Shown: positions 63,655 to 64,000 of the stretch, piece by piece
Position numbering within the stretch: position 1 is the first letter of the stretch
Layout: each line of letters starts with the position of its first letter
Assembly: GCA_951406725.2 (NCBI GenBank)
Contig: OX597816.1
Coordinates: 90,210,001-90,274,000, forward strand
Direction of reading: 5' to 3'
Length of the DNA: 64,000 nucleotides
DNA from: Octopus vulgaris
Lineage: Eukaryota
Notes under the pieces: generated by a model
Told to the model about the DNA's origin: nothing
The model's input: the letters and a program-made list of their open reading frames with translations, nothing else
The model's database searches: none
Made by a program: the position numbers and the translations under genes

Positions 63655-63927
63655 GAGCACTGTGCTAGTGCCATGTAAAAAGCACCCGTGTTGGTTGGTG
63701 CCACATAAAAATTACCCATACTAGTACCATGTAAAAATTACCTGTGCTGGGCCATGTACAAAGCACATGGCACACTTTGTAAAGTGGTTGGCATTAGGAA
63801 GGGCATCCAGCCATAGTAACCATGCCAAATCATTCTGGAACCTAGTGCAGCTCTCCAGCTTGCCAGCTTTGGTCAAACTATTCAACCCATACCAGCATAG
63901 AAAACAGACATTAAATGAGGATGATGA
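63655..63927 (+). mobile_element. RTE 3' tail with short GTGCCA(T/C)GTAAAAAGCACC repeats
   Basis: GTGGTTGGCATTAGGAAGGGCATCCAGC...CCATACCAGCATAG...(GAT) tail. Confidence 0.8.
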
Positions 63928-64000
63928 AGTGATAATGTATAATAAAATCTATAATAAATGAATGATTTGGATAATTAAATATCCCAATGAGATATTTTCT

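Noticed and set aside
44200-64000. A second host gene downstream of dynein
   Set aside because: No exon with recognisable protein similarity was found; ORFs map to repeats. Small exons on either strand cannot be excluded by eye.

Overview
This is AT-rich eukaryotic DNA, not prokaryotic. The SINE/RTE repertoire and very long (TA/TG)n tracts suggest an octopus or other coleoid cephalopod (inference). Positions 145-39373 (+) hold the last 30 coding exons of cytoplasmic dynein 1 heavy chain (DYNC1H1). I spliced them by hand: all 29 introns are GT-AG, phases are consistent, and the total is 3750 nt (1249 aa plus stop), covering stalk CC2, AAA5, buttress, AAA6 and the C-terminal domain. An AATAAA follows at 39464. 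Introns and the 24 kb downstream are filled with mobile DNA: an internally deleted piggyBac with TTAA duplication and TIRs, piggyBac-type MITEs, two Tigger/pogo relics, a mariner relic, a hAT MITE, RTE-LINE 3' fragments, two tRNA-SINE families and a possible Helitron. Two non-coding items stand out. (1) A 350-bp tandem unit at 42566-43103 encodes a type I hammerhead ribozyme fold on the minus strand with a CCGAUGA core variant. A diverged copy at 29084-29290 shows compensatory base changes in several hairpins, pointing to a retrozyme-like or Penelope-type structured RNA family. (2) A ~550-bp palindrome at 48623-49209 lies inside a 14-bp direct repeat and consists of two back-to-back tRNA-like heads, each followed by a Penelope-type minimal hammerhead tail. 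All long ORFs at 23.5-29.2 kb are microsatellite artefacts. Everything was read by eye, so repeat boundaries are approximate unless a TSD or TIR is quoted.
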